Shown: in pieces, positions 1 through 10,526 of the stretch | Layout of the letters: every line of letters starts with the position of its first letter | Numbering within the stretch: the stretch's first letter is position 1 | From: Candidatus Latescibacterota bacterium | GTDB lineage: Bacteria > Latescibacterota > UBA2968 | Assembly (NCBI GenBank): GCA_965205975.1 | Contig: OZ242195.1 | Location: 4,416,001 to 4,480,000 of the forward strand | Direction: 5' to 3' | DNA length: 64,000 bases | Translations under genes and position numbers: made by a program | Notes under the pieces: model-generated | Databases searched by the model: none | The model's input: the letters and a program-made list of their open reading frames with translations, nothing else | What the model was told of the DNA's origin: nothing

Positions 1-2
1 GT

Positions 3-1526
3 GTGTCGCAGGATAGGGCGCTGGATCTCGTTATTACCAATGCGCTTGTCGTTGATTATACAGGGATATACAAAGCGGATATTGGGATTAAAGACGGGCG
101 TGTCGCCGGTATTGGCAAAGCGGGTAATCCCGATATTATGTCGGGTGTTGATCCCGATCTCATCGTGGGGGTTACTACCGAGGTTATCGCGGGTGAAGGT
201 CATGTGCTCACTGCCGGTGCGCTCGATGTGCATGTCCATTTTATTTGTCCTCAGCAAGTTGAGGAGGCGATTGCTTCGGGTATTACGACTATGCTGGGTG
301 GTGGTACGGGTCCGGCGACGGGGACCAATGCTACGACGTGTACACCGGGGGCGCACTATATTCGCATGATGCTGGAGTCGAGTGATGCTTTTCCCCTCAA
401 TTTTGGTTTTTTGGGCAAGGGTAATTCTTCGCTTCCGCAGGGGCTTATTGAGCAGATTGAAGGGGGTGCATGCGGGCTTAAGCTCCACGAGGACTGGGGT
501 ACGACGCCTGCAGCTATTGATTCCTGTCTTTCAGTTGCCGATGAATACGATGTTCAGGTGGCGATTCACACGGATACGCTCAATGAGTCGGGTTTTGTGG
601 AGCAGAGTTGTGCGGCTTTTAAGGGGCGCACGATTCACACGTATCACACGGAGGGCGCGGGTGGGGGACATGCGCCGGATATTATGCGTCTTTGCGGTGA
701 GGCGAATGTTTTGCCTTCATCTACGAATCCCACGCGGCCTTTTACGGCGAATACGATTGACGAGCATCTGGATATGCTTATGGTGTGTCATCATCTGGAT
801 AAGAATATACCCGAGGATGTGGCTTTTGCCGAGAGCCGTATCCGGCAGGAGACGATTGCGGCAGAAGATATTTTGCACGATATGGGGGCGCTGTCGATTA
901 TCGCGTCGGATAGTCAGGCGATGGGGCGCGTGGGGGAGGTTATTTGTCGCACTTGGCAGACTGCCCATAAGATGCGTGCGCAGCGGGGTGCATTGCGCGG
1001 TGGTCGGGGGAATGATAATGGGCGCGTGAAGCGGTATATTGCCAAGTACACGATTAATCCCGCGATGGCTCACGGTTTGAGCGATTATATCGGTTCGGTT
1101 GAGGTGGGCAAGCTCGCGGATCTGGTGCTCTGGAAGCCATCTTTTTTTGGTGCAAAACCCGAGATGGTGATTAAGGGGGGCATAATTGCGTATTCGCAGA
1201 TGGGCGATCCTAATGCTTCGATTCCCACGCCGCAACCCGTGTATCCGCGTCCTATGTTCGGCGCTTATGGCAATGCCGTGGGTTCTGCGTCGCTGGCTTT
1301 TGTCTCCCGTACTTCGCTGGATACTGTTGGGTCTTATGATCTGTCCAAAGGCGTTGTTGCAGTGTCCAATTGTCGGGATATTGGGAAGAAGGATATGAAG
1401 CTCAACGACTTTATTCCCGATATTCATATTGATCCGGAGACTTATAGCGTTACGGTCGATGGCGAGTTGCTCACCTGTGAGGCGGCAGAGAAACTGCCGC
1501 TGGCGCAGCTTTATAATTTGTTTTGA
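3..1526 (+). CDS. ureC: Urease subunit alpha (5' end outside window)
   Basis: Motifs [44 protein letters not shown]. Confidence 0.98.
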   Translation: MSQDRALDLVITNALVVDYTGIYKADIGIKDGRVAGIGKAGNPDIMSGVDPDLIVGVTTEVIAGEGHVLTAGALDVHVHFICPQQVEEAIASGITTMLGGGTGPATGTNATTCTPGAHYIRMMLESSDAFPLNFGFLGKGNSSLPQGLIEQIEGGACGLKLHEDWGTTPAAIDSCLSVADEYDVQVAIHTDTLNESGFVEQSCAAFKGRTIHTYHTEGAGGGHAPDIMRLCGEANVLPSSTNPTRPFTANTIDEHLDMLMVCHHLDKNIPEDVAFAESRIRQETIAAEDILHDMGALSIIASDSQAMGRVGEVICRTWQTAHKMRAQRGALRGGRGNDNGRVKRYIAKYTINPAMAHGLSDYIGSVEVGKLADLVLWKPSFFGAKPEMVIKGGIIAYSQMGDPNASIPTPQPVYPRPMFGAYGNAVGSASLAFVSRTSLDTVGSYDLSKGVVAVSNCRDIGKKDMKLNDFIPDIHIDPETYSVTVDGELLTCEAAEKLPLAQLYNLF

Positions 1527-1546
1527 TGGATAAGGCTAAAAGTATC

Positions 1547-1631
1547 CGCAGATGAACGCAGATGAACGCAGATGAAAAGGGACTGGGGTTTGGTTGGGTG
1601 GTTGTCTCACGTTTTACGTCTTACGTCTCAC
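1547..1631. repeat. Short intergenic tandem repeats: (CGCAGATGAA)x3 and 7-mer GTYTYAC x4
   Basis: Read directly at 1547-1576 and 1604-1631. Confidence 0.8.
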
Positions 1632-1642
1632 CGCCTTTTATT

Positions 1643-2311
1643 ATGCTACTCGATCTTCTCACACTTGCTGATAGCAATTTCCCTACGGGTGGATACGCTT
1701 TTTCCAATGGGCTGGAGGCCACCAAACAAATGGGGTTGTTGCGTTCTTCCAATGATCTGGATGCGTATCTTCAAACGGTGATTCACGCGACGGCAAATGG
1801 TGAGGTTCCGTTTATTAATACGTGTTTTAAGGGTGATTTGATTCCCGCTAATTTGACGGATATGCTGCTCGCTTATGATGCGATGCTTACGGCACCGGCG
1901 ATTGCTCGGGGCAGTGAGGTGCAGGGGCGCAATTTGCTGCGTCTGATGCGCGATTTGTATTTTTCGGATGCGATGGCGCGGTTGCACAGGACGTTGCTTG
2001 CACAACCTGTGCCGGCTCATTATACGATTGTTTTTGGTGCGACGTTCCGGATTGCGGGTCTTAAACGCGGGCAGACGTGTCGGATTTTTATGTATCAGTT
2101 TTTGCGCGATCAGATCAGTGCGGCTGTGCGCCTGGGGCAGATTGGTCCTCTGGAGGCTGCGCGGTTGCAAAAACGCCATCACAAGACGGCGATTAGTGCT
2201 ATGACTTCTGTCGCGCAGGTAGATTATAAGTGTGCGACGCGCTGTGCACCCCAATGGGATATTGCACAGGGTATGCACGAGTATCTGTATTCGCGGTTGT
2301 TTCAGAGTTGA
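1643..2311 (+). CDS. ureF: Urease accessory protein UreF
   Basis: LADSNFPTGGYAFSNGLE N-terminus, AAVRLG, C-terminal SRLFQS; start moved to ATG 1643. Confidence 0.93.
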   Translation: MLLDLLTLADSNFPTGGYAFSNGLEATKQMGLLRSSNDLDAYLQTVIHATANGEVPFINTCFKGDLIPANLTDMLLAYDAMLTAPAIARGSEVQGRNLLRLMRDLYFSDAMARLHRTLLAQPVPAHYTIVFGATFRIAGLKRGQTCRIFMYQFLRDQISAAVRLGQIGPLEAARLQKRHHKTAISAMTSVAQVDYKCATRCAPQWDIAQGMHEYLYSRLFQS

Positions 2312-2338
2312 ATTAAAAGCAACCACCGATGAACACAT

Positions 2339-2364
2339 GTAGGGGCGAGGCATGCCTCGCCCGT
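2339..2364 (+). repeat. GTAG-type REP-like palindrome
   Basis: GTAG-GGGCGAGGC-AT-GCCTCGCCC. Confidence 0.75.
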
Positions 2365-2401
2365 CATTGCACCATGGTTCCAAGCTCTTAAAGGATTTGC
2401 T

Positions 2402-3121
2402 ATGCACGATCATCATCACGATCATTCTCACGAGCCTTTTGATTCTGCCGGTGACTTTGCCCTGCGCGAGTCGGTTCTTTGCGATCGCGATTTTTCACAG
2501 CGGGCGTTTACCGTGGGGGTTGGCGGTCCGGTGGGTACGGGGAAGACGGCGCTTGTTCGCGTGTTGTGCGAAGCCCTGCGCGATCGGTTTAGTCTCGGTG
2601 TGGTTACGAATGATATTTTTACGCGGGAGGATGCCGAGTTTCTTTTGCGTCACGAGGCGCTTGAGGCCGATCGCATTATTGGGGTTGAGACGGGGGGATG
2701 CCCGCATGCAGCTATTCGGGAGGATATTTCGCTGAATTTGAATGCGCTCGAGGATTTGATGATCCGCTTTGAGTGCGATATCGATTTGCTTTTTGTGGAG
2801 AGTGGCGGCGATAATCTGGCGGCGCATTTTAGCAAGGAGTTGGTCGATTACGCGATTTATGTGATTGATGTTTCTGCTGGGGACAAGATTCCCCGAAAAG
2901 GGGGTCCGGGGATTACGCAATCGGATTTGCTTGTTATTAATAAGACCGATCTCGCCGGTCTGGTTGGCGCGGACCTGGGGGTTATGGCGCGGGATGCAAA
3001 GAAGATGCGCGGCGATGGTCCCACGCTTTTTTCCTGTCTCAAACACGGGTCTGGTCTCGACGAGATTATTGCGCATGTTCTCCGAGCGCGCAGGTCTGTT
3101 TTGTCGCCTCAGGCGCGATGA
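2402..3121 (+). CDS. ureG: Urease accessory GTPase UreG with His-rich N-terminus
   Basis: [37 protein letters not shown]. Confidence 0.97.
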   Translation: MHDHHHDHSHEPFDSAGDFALRESVLCDRDFSQRAFTVGVGGPVGTGKTALVRVLCEALRDRFSLGVVTNDIFTREDAEFLLRHEALEADRIIGVETGGCPHAAIREDISLNLNALEDLMIRFECDIDLLFVESGGDNLAAHFSKELVDYAIYVIDVSAGDKIPRKGGPGITQSDLLVINKTDLAGLVGADLGVMARDAKKMRGDGPTLFSCLKHGSGLDEIIAHVLRARRSVLSPQAR

Positions 3122-3951
3122 TGTCTTCCCTCCCCTCCCGAATTGAAGTGACTCGCAATGGTTCCCGTTCTGTTCTGACTGCCTGTCGCTCAGTCGCGCC
3201 TTTGAAGTTGCTCAATCCCGTCGCACAGGGCGATTATTGCGCTGTTGTGCTTTCCAGTTACGGGGGGGGTATGGTGGAGGGGGATGCGACGACGCTGTGT
3301 GTGCGCTGTGGCGAAGGGGCATCTCTTTATCTGGGTACTCAGGCGTTTACCAAAGTTTATAAGAGTCCTAATGGTGTTCCGTGTAAGCAGATAATTAGTG
3401 GTGAGGTCGAGGCCGGGAGCCTTGCCGTTGTTTTGCCCGATCCCGTTGTCCCTTATGCGCGAAGTGTTTTTGAGCAGGTGCAGACGTGGCATCTGGCGTC
3501 TAATTCGTGTCTGGTGCTTGCCGATGGTCATACGGCGGGGCGCATGGCTTTTGGGGAGCATTTTGCGTACTCGAGTTACCGATCAGATATTACCATTCAT
3601 ACGGCTGAACGCCCGGTTCTGGTAGAGCGCTATTATTCCGAGCCGGGGATGTTGTCGCCGGTACTTATGGGTGCTTTTGGGGCTTATGGTGTTGTTTTTA
3701 ATATTTTTATTGCGGGTAATTCCGCGCGTTTTAGCTGTTTGGTTGAAAGTCTTTCCCAAACGCTCGCTCCTTTGTTGAAACCTTCGCAGGATTCTCTTTT
3801 GCTTTCCTTTGCTTCCCCAAGATCCGATCTTTTTGTGATACGATCCCTCGCGCAAAATGTCGAGTGTCTTCTTCCTCTCTATACAGCCCTCCGCAATGCA
3901 ATTGCCCATCCCAATGTTCTCGGTGCAGATCCGCTGGCGCGAAAGTACTGA
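3118..3951 (+). CDS. ureD: Urease accessory protein UreD
   Basis: [34 protein letters not shown]; overlaps ureG stop. Confidence 0.92.
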   Translation: MMSSLPSRIEVTRNGSRSVLTACRSVAPLKLLNPVAQGDYCAVVLSSYGGGMVEGDATTLCVRCGEGASLYLGTQAFTKVYKSPNGVPCKQIISGEVEAGSLAVVLPDPVVPYARSVFEQVQTWHLASNSCLVLADGHTAGRMAFGEHFAYSSYRSDITIHTAERPVLVERYYSEPGMLSPVLMGAFGAYGVVFNIFIAGNSARFSCLVESLSQTLAPLLKPSQDSLLLSFASPRSDLFVIRSLAQNVECLLPLYTALRNAIAHPNVLGADPLARKY

Positions 3952-3981
3952 AGCGGTCAGCGGTCAGCCCACCCATTCGTT

Positions 3982-4041
3982 GTCATCGCGGCGTGATCCC
4001 CGTATAAAAGCACTACGGGGCATGCTTGAGCCGCGATCCAG
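3982..4041 (+). repeat. GTCAT-type REP-like palindrome with nested hairpin
   Basis: GTCATCGCGGC...GCCGCGATCCAG enclosing CCCCGTA-N9-TACGGGG. Confidence 0.7.
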
Positions 4042-4172
4042 AGGTTTTGCCTGTCATCCAGTCCCCAATTTCCAGTAGTACTTGATATTGCGAAAAAAAT
4101 GCGTTAGTTTGAGGTTAATACGCCTAAATATTTGCGTCATTTGTCTTGTTATTCTGGCAAAGGAGTGCGGTT

Positions 4173-5264
4173 ATGAAGATCACGAGCGTTGATTTGACCC
4201 CTGTTGCGTCGAGGCGCGAGACTGGACATTTATCTCGTCACGTTATTGTTCGCATTCACACTGATGAGGGATTGATCGGTCTGGGGGAGATGTCCGATGT
4301 GAACGACTGGGGTGTGATGTACAATCTCGATGATGTCAAGGGTGCGTACGAGTCGTTGCTCGTGGGAAGGGATCCGCTGGCGTGGCGTACGATTACCATT
4401 GCAGCGAGGTCCCGGTTGCGGATGGGTGGGGCGATTCGAGCGGGGTTTGAGATCGGTCTTTTCGATTTGGTCGGCAAGATCCAGGGGCAGTCGGTTGCGG
4501 GTGTGTTTGGGGGGGCGCTGCGGGATAAGTGGCGCGTGTGTTATCCGATTTTCAGGAATTATTCCAGGGAAGATGCCGAGGCGAATATCGCACGGGTCAA
4601 TCGCCGGATGAAGGAGGGTCAGGATCTATTTCGGCTGTATCACGGCGGCAATGTGGAGGCGGATGAGATATTTTTGGATGGGGTGAAGTCGTCCTGGGGC
4701 GATCAGTTCGTTTTGAAGTCGCTCGATTTTAGCGGCACGCACAAGTGGAAACGGGTGGTGCAGGCACTGGATGTTTTGCTGAGGTACTACAGGCCTTTTC
4801 ATCTGGAATCAGTCTCTGACCGGAGAGATCTGGAGGGCCAATACGAGGTGCGAAAGCGAATTGATCTGCCCATCAGTGAGCACGTCAGTTCACTGGATCA
4901 AGCCTATCAGTTTGCCCGGCACCGGTATGTCGATATTTTTAATATCAGTTTGTCGGGTGCGGGGGGATTTACAAATGCGCTGCATATCGCGCAGGTGGCC
5001 GATGCGGCTGGTCTGTCGTGTCTGGTGGGTACGACGCAGGAGTTGTCCATTGGCGTGGCGGCTCAGGCGACGTTTGGTTCTGTGGTGGAGAATCTCGATT
5101 ATCCGGGCGATCCAACAGGTGGGTTGCTGTACGAGAGCGATGTGGTTAAGGAGCGCATACAATACGAGAAGGGTTATGTGATTGTGCCGAAGGGTCCGGG
5201 GTTAGGGATGGAACTGGATGAGGAGAAGATTGCCGCGATTTCAGAGCCTTTGAGTTCTGTGTAG
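4173..5264 (+). CDS. Enolase-superfamily enzyme, galactarate dehydratase II-like (RxY type)
   Basis: IHTDEGLIGLGEMSD, VCYPIFR, FRLY, KSLDFS, PISEHV, GTTQELSIG; AAGGAG RBS. Confidence 0.85.
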   Translation: MKITSVDLTPVASRRETGHLSRHVIVRIHTDEGLIGLGEMSDVNDWGVMYNLDDVKGAYESLLVGRDPLAWRTITIAARSRLRMGGAIRAGFEIGLFDLVGKIQGQSVAGVFGGALRDKWRVCYPIFRNYSREDAEANIARVNRRMKEGQDLFRLYHGGNVEADEIFLDGVKSSWGDQFVLKSLDFSGTHKWKRVVQALDVLLRYYRPFHLESVSDRRDLEGQYEVRKRIDLPISEHVSSLDQAYQFARHRYVDIFNISLSGAGGFTNALHIAQVADAAGLSCLVGTTQELSIGVAAQATFGSVVENLDYPGDPTGGLLYESDVVKERIQYEKGYVIVPKGPGLGMELDEEKIAAISEPLSSV

Positions 5265-5282
5265 CTGTGAGAGGAGAACACG

Positions 5283-6116
5283 ATGTCTCAAACAGCGATT
5301 TGGTCCCCTGTCGAGGGTACGGTTGATGAGATTCTCGCGCAGGTTTCGCGGCCGTTCGATGCAATGATGGCGAGCGAGATTCCCGCTGTTATTGTGCGTC
5401 GCGCGTTTCCGTCGGATCACTGTGCAGCGCTTATTGAGCGGTTTTACGAGCGCGGTTTGCTCTACGATCCGCGCAAGGTGGGTGATGGCAGTCCACGCCG
5501 GGTCGATATCGGTACGAGTCTGGGTCACCACGGGAATGATCCAGATGCCTTTTACGAACATTCTCGCCAGACGCATGATCTTTTTTCGTATTTGTTTGAC
5601 GGGTATGAGGATCCCGTGAAGACGCTGTACGATGCGCTTGCCAGGATGCTTCCGGATAAGCGGGTTATGACGGCTCGGAGCGTTGACGGTCGTCTTTACG
5701 GTCCCTCTATTTTTAGAACTTATCACGAGGGCGTGGGGCATTACCCGCATTACGATTCCGTGTCCAAGCGTTCCAAACGCTACAATTTTACGGTTTCCCG
5801 GTTCAGACATCAGTTTGCGGGTGTGCTGTGTTTTCAGAATAGCGAGGATCGGGGTGATAGCGGCGAGGGGGTCCTGTACAGGGCGCCTATGTCGCCAGCG
5901 TTTCAACGTCCTCTCGAGGAGAGGCGGTTTCGCGAGTACGCAGAGGAGGAAGGGATTGCGCGCGTGCAGGTCAATCTGGAACCGGGGGATCTTTACTTTT
6001 TTTATTCCGAGACGATTCACGAAGTTCCTTTTGTCGCAGGCTCTCAGCCCCGCGTTGTGCTGGCGTCGTTTATCGGTATGTCTGAAGACGATCCAGAGGT
6101 TTATTTGTGGTCTTAG
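5283..6116 (+). CDS. 2OG-Fe(II) oxygenase superfamily protein
   Basis: HYD...H triad, PGDLYFF, distal Arg (PRVVL). Confidence 0.75.
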   Translation: MSQTAIWSPVEGTVDEILAQVSRPFDAMMASEIPAVIVRRAFPSDHCAALIERFYERGLLYDPRKVGDGSPRRVDIGTSLGHHGNDPDAFYEHSRQTHDLFSYLFDGYEDPVKTLYDALARMLPDKRVMTARSVDGRLYGPSIFRTYHEGVGHYPHYDSVSKRSKRYNFTVSRFRHQFAGVLCFQNSEDRGDSGEGVLYRAPMSPAFQRPLEERRFREYAEEEGIARVQVNLEPGDLYFFYSETIHEVPFVAGSQPRVVLASFIGMSEDDPEVYLWS

Positions 6117-6152
6117 AGGTCGTTTTTCTACTTTTAATTTTGGATTTTTCCT

Positions 6153-7154
6153 ATGAACCAACCTCCTGAATCATTCGTTCGCGTCTATGAAGATCGCCTT
6201 CTGGATTTTGCTGCGGCTTGTTTTGAGAAAGCTGGGCTTGAGACCGATCACGCGAGGGTTATCAGCCGCTTGCTGGTCAATAGCGACCTGCGAGGTGTTC
6301 GCAGCCACGGTACGCGAACGGTTAATGGCTATTGTAAGAGTTTTGAAAATGGGAGTCTCAATCCGCGTCCCAATGTGCGGGTTATCCACGAGACGCCGAC
6401 GTGTGCTGTTATTGATGGGGATGGTACGGTGGGGTATCTCCCGATGGTGCGCGCGGCAGAGCACGCGATTCGCAAAGCGAAAGAGCTGGGTATGGGTATG
6501 GGGCTGGCGCGACATGTGGGGCATATTGGTTCGGCGGGTCATTACGCGCGGATGTGTTCCGAGGCGGGGTGTATTGGTTTTTGCGTGCAGGGCAGGCAGC
6601 AGGGCAATGCAAAGAGGGATGGGAGAGGACCGCTTCTCGGCTATTTTGGCAATCCGCCAATATGTTTTGCGATTCCCTCTGGGGACGAGCCTCCGATTGT
6701 CCTCGATGCGGCGACCTGTATTTTGGCAGATTATCAGCGGGGTCCGGAGTTTGAGGCTTTGTTCGAGATGATTCCGGCGGCGTTTTTTAAGAGTATTGGG
6801 TACACGGCGGTGGCTTCGATTATGGGGGGTGGGTTGGCAGGTGCCAGTCTTCCGTCTTCTCACGAGATGAAGGAGAAATGGCCCTCGTCAGGTGCGGGTG
6901 GTTGTGTTCTTGCGATCCGCGTTGATCAGGCGGTTTCCGAAGAGGTTTTCCGGGCTGAGTCCGATCACATGGTGAGAACGGTGCGCGAGACGTACGAGCC
7001 GATGCCGGGACATGATCGCGCGCTGCTGCCGGGTGCGATTGAAGAAGAGCGCATGGCGTTTCACCGCGCCGAGGGTATTCGCTATGGCGAGATGGAACAG
7101 GAGAACGCACGTGAGGTTGGTGCGCGTCTGGGGGTGCCGCTTCCCTGGGGTTGA
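6153..7154 (+). CDS. Ldh_2 (type 2 malate/L-lactate dehydrogenase) family oxidoreductase
   Basis: SDLRGVRSHG, HIGSAGHY, GNPPICFAIP. Confidence 0.9.
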   Translation: MNQPPESFVRVYEDRLLDFAAACFEKAGLETDHARVISRLLVNSDLRGVRSHGTRTVNGYCKSFENGSLNPRPNVRVIHETPTCAVIDGDGTVGYLPMVRAAEHAIRKAKELGMGMGLARHVGHIGSAGHYARMCSEAGCIGFCVQGRQQGNAKRDGRGPLLGYFGNPPICFAIPSGDEPPIVLDAATCILADYQRGPEFEALFEMIPAAFFKSIGYTAVASIMGGGLAGASLPSSHEMKEKWPSSGAGGCVLAIRVDQAVSEEVFRAESDHMVRTVRETYEPMPGHDRALLPGAIEEERMAFHRAEGIRYGEMEQENAREVGARLGVPLPWG

Positions 7155-7175
7155 TGGGACAAAGGTCTAATAACT

Positions 7176-7209
7176 AAAGCCCTATAGCTTATTGCTCTGG
7201 GGCTTTTTT
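7176..7209 (+). terminator. Probable intrinsic terminator
   Basis: AAAGCCC...GGGCTTTTTT hairpin with U-tract after the Ldh_2 gene. Confidence 0.7.
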
Positions 7210-7245
7210 AATCGGGCTTTCAAATGGAAAGCCAAATCATACACA

Positions 7246-7274
7246 TTGACATTGAGAGAATCGGAACTTATTTT
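7246..7274 (+). promoter_or_regulatory. Sigma70-like promoter
   Basis: TTGACA-N17-TATTTT upstream of ATG 7324. Confidence 0.55.
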
Positions 7275-7323
7275 GGCATTTAACGCACTATCGCAGTTCT
7301 AACTTCACAAATTGGAGGCTACC

Positions 7324-8307
7324 ATGTATATCGGAACACAGGTGGGATGTCGGAACGACACGGATATTGAGGTTCTCGCGCAACTCGGGGTTTTTAATGT
7401 CGATCAAACACCAGAGGGACCCTGGGCGGAGTGGAGTGCCGATGCGATTAAGTCCATGCGCGACCGGTTTGATAAATACGGTATTAATTTGGAGATGATT
7501 CACATTCCGCTGGGTTCAAGCAGTGCTTTTAAGAATGAGGCTGGGGCGATTTTCCTGGGGCCAAGCGACGAGCGCGACCGGGCTATTGAGCGGATGTGCG
7601 AGACGGTTAGAATGGCGGCGGAAGCGGGGTTGCGAGGGCTCAATTACAATATCACGATTTTGGGGCATATGCGGACAGAGCCGCGATACGGACGCGGGGG
7701 CGCGAGGCTGTCGTCGTTTGAGTACGATAAATTGGACCAGTCTTTGGGCGAGTTTGAAGGCGGCGCTGCGGATGAAGACGAGATGTGGGCGCGCATCGAT
7801 CACTGGTTGCAGAATATTATGCCCGTGGCGGAAGAGTACAAGATCCAGATGGCGTGTCATCCCTCGGATCCGGGTATCGGGTATGGGACGACGTATCGGG
7901 GGGTCGCGCGCGTGCTGGGTATGGTGGATGGGTTTAAGAAGTTTATCGATTTGTACGATAGTCCGTATAACGGATTGAATTTCTGCCTGGGCTGTATGTC
8001 CGAGAGCCTGGAAGATCCCAGTGCGGACGCGTATGATGTGATCCGTTATTTTGGAGAGCGCAAGAAGATTTTCAATGTGCATTTCCGCAATATCAAGGGT
8101 GGGCTTCGCAATTTTGTCGAGGTGTTTCCCGATGAGGGCGATGTGGATATGCTGAAGGCTTTGCGGACGTTTAAAGAAGTCGGGTACGAGTATATGATTA
8201 TGCCCGACCACGTTCCGGGTATTTCCGGTCCGGAAGCCAGGCAGGTCGGTTTTGCGTACACGTACGGGTACATCCACGCGCTGTTGCAAGCGGTTAATGA
8301 GGAATAA
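7324..8307 (+). CDS. Mannonate dehydratase (UxuA)-like protein
   Basis: MACHPSDP, NGLNFCLG, VHFRN, DEGDVDM, MPDHVP; GGAGG RBS. Confidence 0.85.
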   Translation: MYIGTQVGCRNDTDIEVLAQLGVFNVDQTPEGPWAEWSADAIKSMRDRFDKYGINLEMIHIPLGSSSAFKNEAGAIFLGPSDERDRAIERMCETVRMAAEAGLRGLNYNITILGHMRTEPRYGRGGARLSSFEYDKLDQSLGEFEGGAADEDEMWARIDHWLQNIMPVAEEYKIQMACHPSDPGIGYGTTYRGVARVLGMVDGFKKFIDLYDSPYNGLNFCLGCMSESLEDPSADAYDVIRYFGERKKIFNVHFRNIKGGLRNFVEVFPDEGDVDMLKALRTFKEVGYEYMIMPDHVPGISGPEARQVGFAYTYGYIHALLQAVNEE

Positions 8308-8309
8308 TT

Positions 8310-8336
8310 GTAGGGGACGGTCCTCGTGCCGTCCCT
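8310..8336 (+). repeat. GTAG-type REP-like palindrome
   Basis: GTAGGGGACGG-TCCTCGTG-CCGTCCCT. Confidence 0.75.
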
Positions 8337-8368
8337 AGCCATCTACTATCAATCCCAATCCAAAATCT

Positions 8369-10375
8369 ATGTCCGCATCTCCAGAACCGCGCCTTCCCAA
8401 ATCAGAAACCGCCGAAGGCTCTTCCGTTATTACCAAACGATCCCTCCTGATTGGGCTGGGTATGGCCATGCTTATGCCTCTGTGGCCGACCTATACCAGT
8501 TTTGTGGTGAATTCAACGCGGGCTGATCATTCGCATCTTTCGATGGCGATGCTCATTCCTTTTGTGGGGCTTCTGATTCTGAACGCCTTTCTCGAGCGGC
8601 GCGGTATCGGGTTTTCTCCAACGGAATTGCTCACGGTTTGCTGTATCGGTTTTGTCGCATCTACTATGCAGGGCGAGTGGCTCACGGTGTGGTTTTTGCA
8701 GATGCTGACGATGCCAGCGTATTACGCGTCGCCAGAGAATCGGTTCGACGAGTTGCTTTTGCCGTACATGCCGAGTTGGACGACGATTACCAATCGCGAT
8801 GCGGTGCGCGGGTTTTACGAGGGGCAAGTGCCCGGTGCAGCGTTTCCGTGGGGCGAGTGGTTTTCGGTGCTTTTCTGGTGGGGTGCGCTGATTGCGAGTA
8901 TTTTGGCGATTCATCTGTGTCTGAGTGTTTTGCTGCGGAAGCAGTGGATGGAATACGAGCGGCTGTCTTTTCCGGTCGCCACTGCGCTGCTGGAACTCAC
9001 GGGTGTTTCGGGTACGACGGGTACGCTGAGGACGCTTGTGCGAAATCGCCTGTTTCAATGGGGATTTGGACTTACGTTTGCCATTATTGCGTGGAATGTG
9101 TTTACGTGGTTTACGGTCAATTTGCCGATGTTTCCGTTTTTGGCGGGGCGATATGGGCGGAATGTGATTTCGGTTGCGCCGGGCTTTCCGAGTATTGTGA
9201 CTACGTTTGTGTTGCTCACGTTTTGTCTGGGGTATTTTACCAAGCTGGAGGTGCTTTTCAGCCTGTGGTTTTTCCATGTGGTTCAGATCTGTGTGGTGGG
9301 TCTGTTCAACCGCTTTGGCCTGGATTTGGGCCCGAATGATCCGTGGAGTTCGAGCCATCCGGCGATTGGCTGGATGACATTTGGGGGGATGGCCGTTTTT
9401 GTCGGCTGGGGGTTCTGGATTGCGCGGTCTCACTTTCGAGATGTTTTTCGCAAGGCGTTTTTGCGCGACGAGCGTGTGGATGATTCCGAAGAGATTATGT
9501 CTTATCGCACGGCTGTCTGGCTTTTGCTGACGTGTTGCGGTTTTGTTTTTCTGTGGCTCTGGCGCGCGGGGATGGGGCCGGAGACGATTCTCGCATGGTC
9601 ATTTGCGATGCTCGTTTTGTTTGTGGGGATGTCCCGCATTGTGGTGGAGAGCGGTCTGGTCTATCTTCGGGTGCCTCTCACGGCGCCGGGGTTTACGTGG
9701 CATGCCGTCGGCGTTGGGAATATGGGGCCTGCTGGCGCTTCTATTTTGACGCTTACGATGAGTCTTGTGGCCGATGGGAAGACGTTTGCGACGACGCAGA
9801 TGGCGCATGTTCCGCGGTTGAGTATGGCGATGGCAAAGCGCAGCCGAAAAGCCGTGGCGCCGACTGTGCTCTTCGGTTGTTTGCTCGGCGCGGCGGTGGT
9901 TATCATATTCGTTATATATCAGGGGTATTACGGTATTGGCAGTGCCAATTTTGGGCGGACGACTTTTAAGGGTATTGGATCTCTCAATGGGGCGGGTTTT
10001 AGCCGGCTGGCTGTGTCTCGAATTCAGGGCGATGTGCTGTTTACGGATTGGAATCGCGTGTTGTTTATGGGTATCGGTGGCATTTTTACGGGTACGCTCT
10101 ACTTTTTGCGGTATCGCTTCCCGGGCTTTCCGATCCATCCCATTGGTTTTACAATCTGTGGCATGGTCGAGATGCAGGATAATTCTTTTAGTATTTTCCT
10201 GATGTGGGGTGTGAAGACGATTATTATGAAGTTGGGTGGTTTGGAACGCTATCGGCACTACGCACCCTTTTTCCTGGGTATGATTATGGGCTATATCGCG
10301 GGTGTTTTTTTGGGTGTTTTTGTCGATGTTTTCTGGTTTCCCGGAGAGGGGCACGAGATTCATTGCGATCCCTGA
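8369..10375 (+). CDS. Large polytopic membrane protein (DUF6785/DUF6784-like, putative transporter)
   Basis: Many hydrophobic segments; RKQWMEYERLSFP, RIVVESG, FPIHPIG, PFFLG motifs. Confidence 0.7.
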   Translation: MSASPEPRLPKSETAEGSSVITKRSLLIGLGMAMLMPLWPTYTSFVVNSTRADHSHLSMAMLIPFVGLLILNAFLERRGIGFSPTELLTVCCIGFVASTMQGEWLTVWFLQMLTMPAYYASPENRFDELLLPYMPSWTTITNRDAVRGFYEGQVPGAAFPWGEWFSVLFWWGALIASILAIHLCLSVLLRKQWMEYERLSFPVATALLELTGVSGTTGTLRTLVRNRLFQWGFGLTFAIIAWNVFTWFTVNLPMFPFLAGRYGRNVISVAPGFPSIVTTFVLLTFCLGYFTKLEVLFSLWFFHVVQICVVGLFNRFGLDLGPNDPWSSSHPAIGWMTFGGMAVFVGWGFWIARSHFRDVFRKAFLRDERVDDSEEIMSYRTAVWLLLTCCGFVFLWLWRAGMGPETILAWSFAMLVLFVGMSRIVVESGLVYLRVPLTAPGFTWHAVGVGNMGPAGASILTLTMSLVADGKTFATTQMAHVPRLSMAMAKRSRKAVAPTVLFGCLLGAAVVIIFVIYQGYYGIGSANFGRTTFKGIGSLNGAGFSRLAVSRIQGDVLFTDWNRVLFMGIGGIFTGTLYFLRYRFPGFPIHPIGFTICGMVEMQDNSFSIFLMWGVKTIIMKLGGLERYRHYAPFFLGMIMGYIAGVFLGVFVDVFWFPGEGHEIHCDP

Positions 10376-10440
10376 TCGATCGCGGATTAGGCAGATGACG
10401 CGGATGGCGCGGATGAAGGCGGATATGGAGGAGGGATGGC

Positions 10441-10514
10441 ATGAAGATTACAGATGTCAAGACCTATACTGCCGGGCAGGATGGCAGAAATTTTTTGTTT
10501 TGCAGGGTTTTTAA
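10441..10514 (+). pseudogene. Truncated N-terminus of an enolase-superfamily (DgoD-like) gene
   Basis: GGAGGAGG RBS then MKITDVKTYTAGQDGRNFLFCRVF-stop. Confidence 0.6.
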
Positions 10515-10526
10515 GATATGTTCCTT

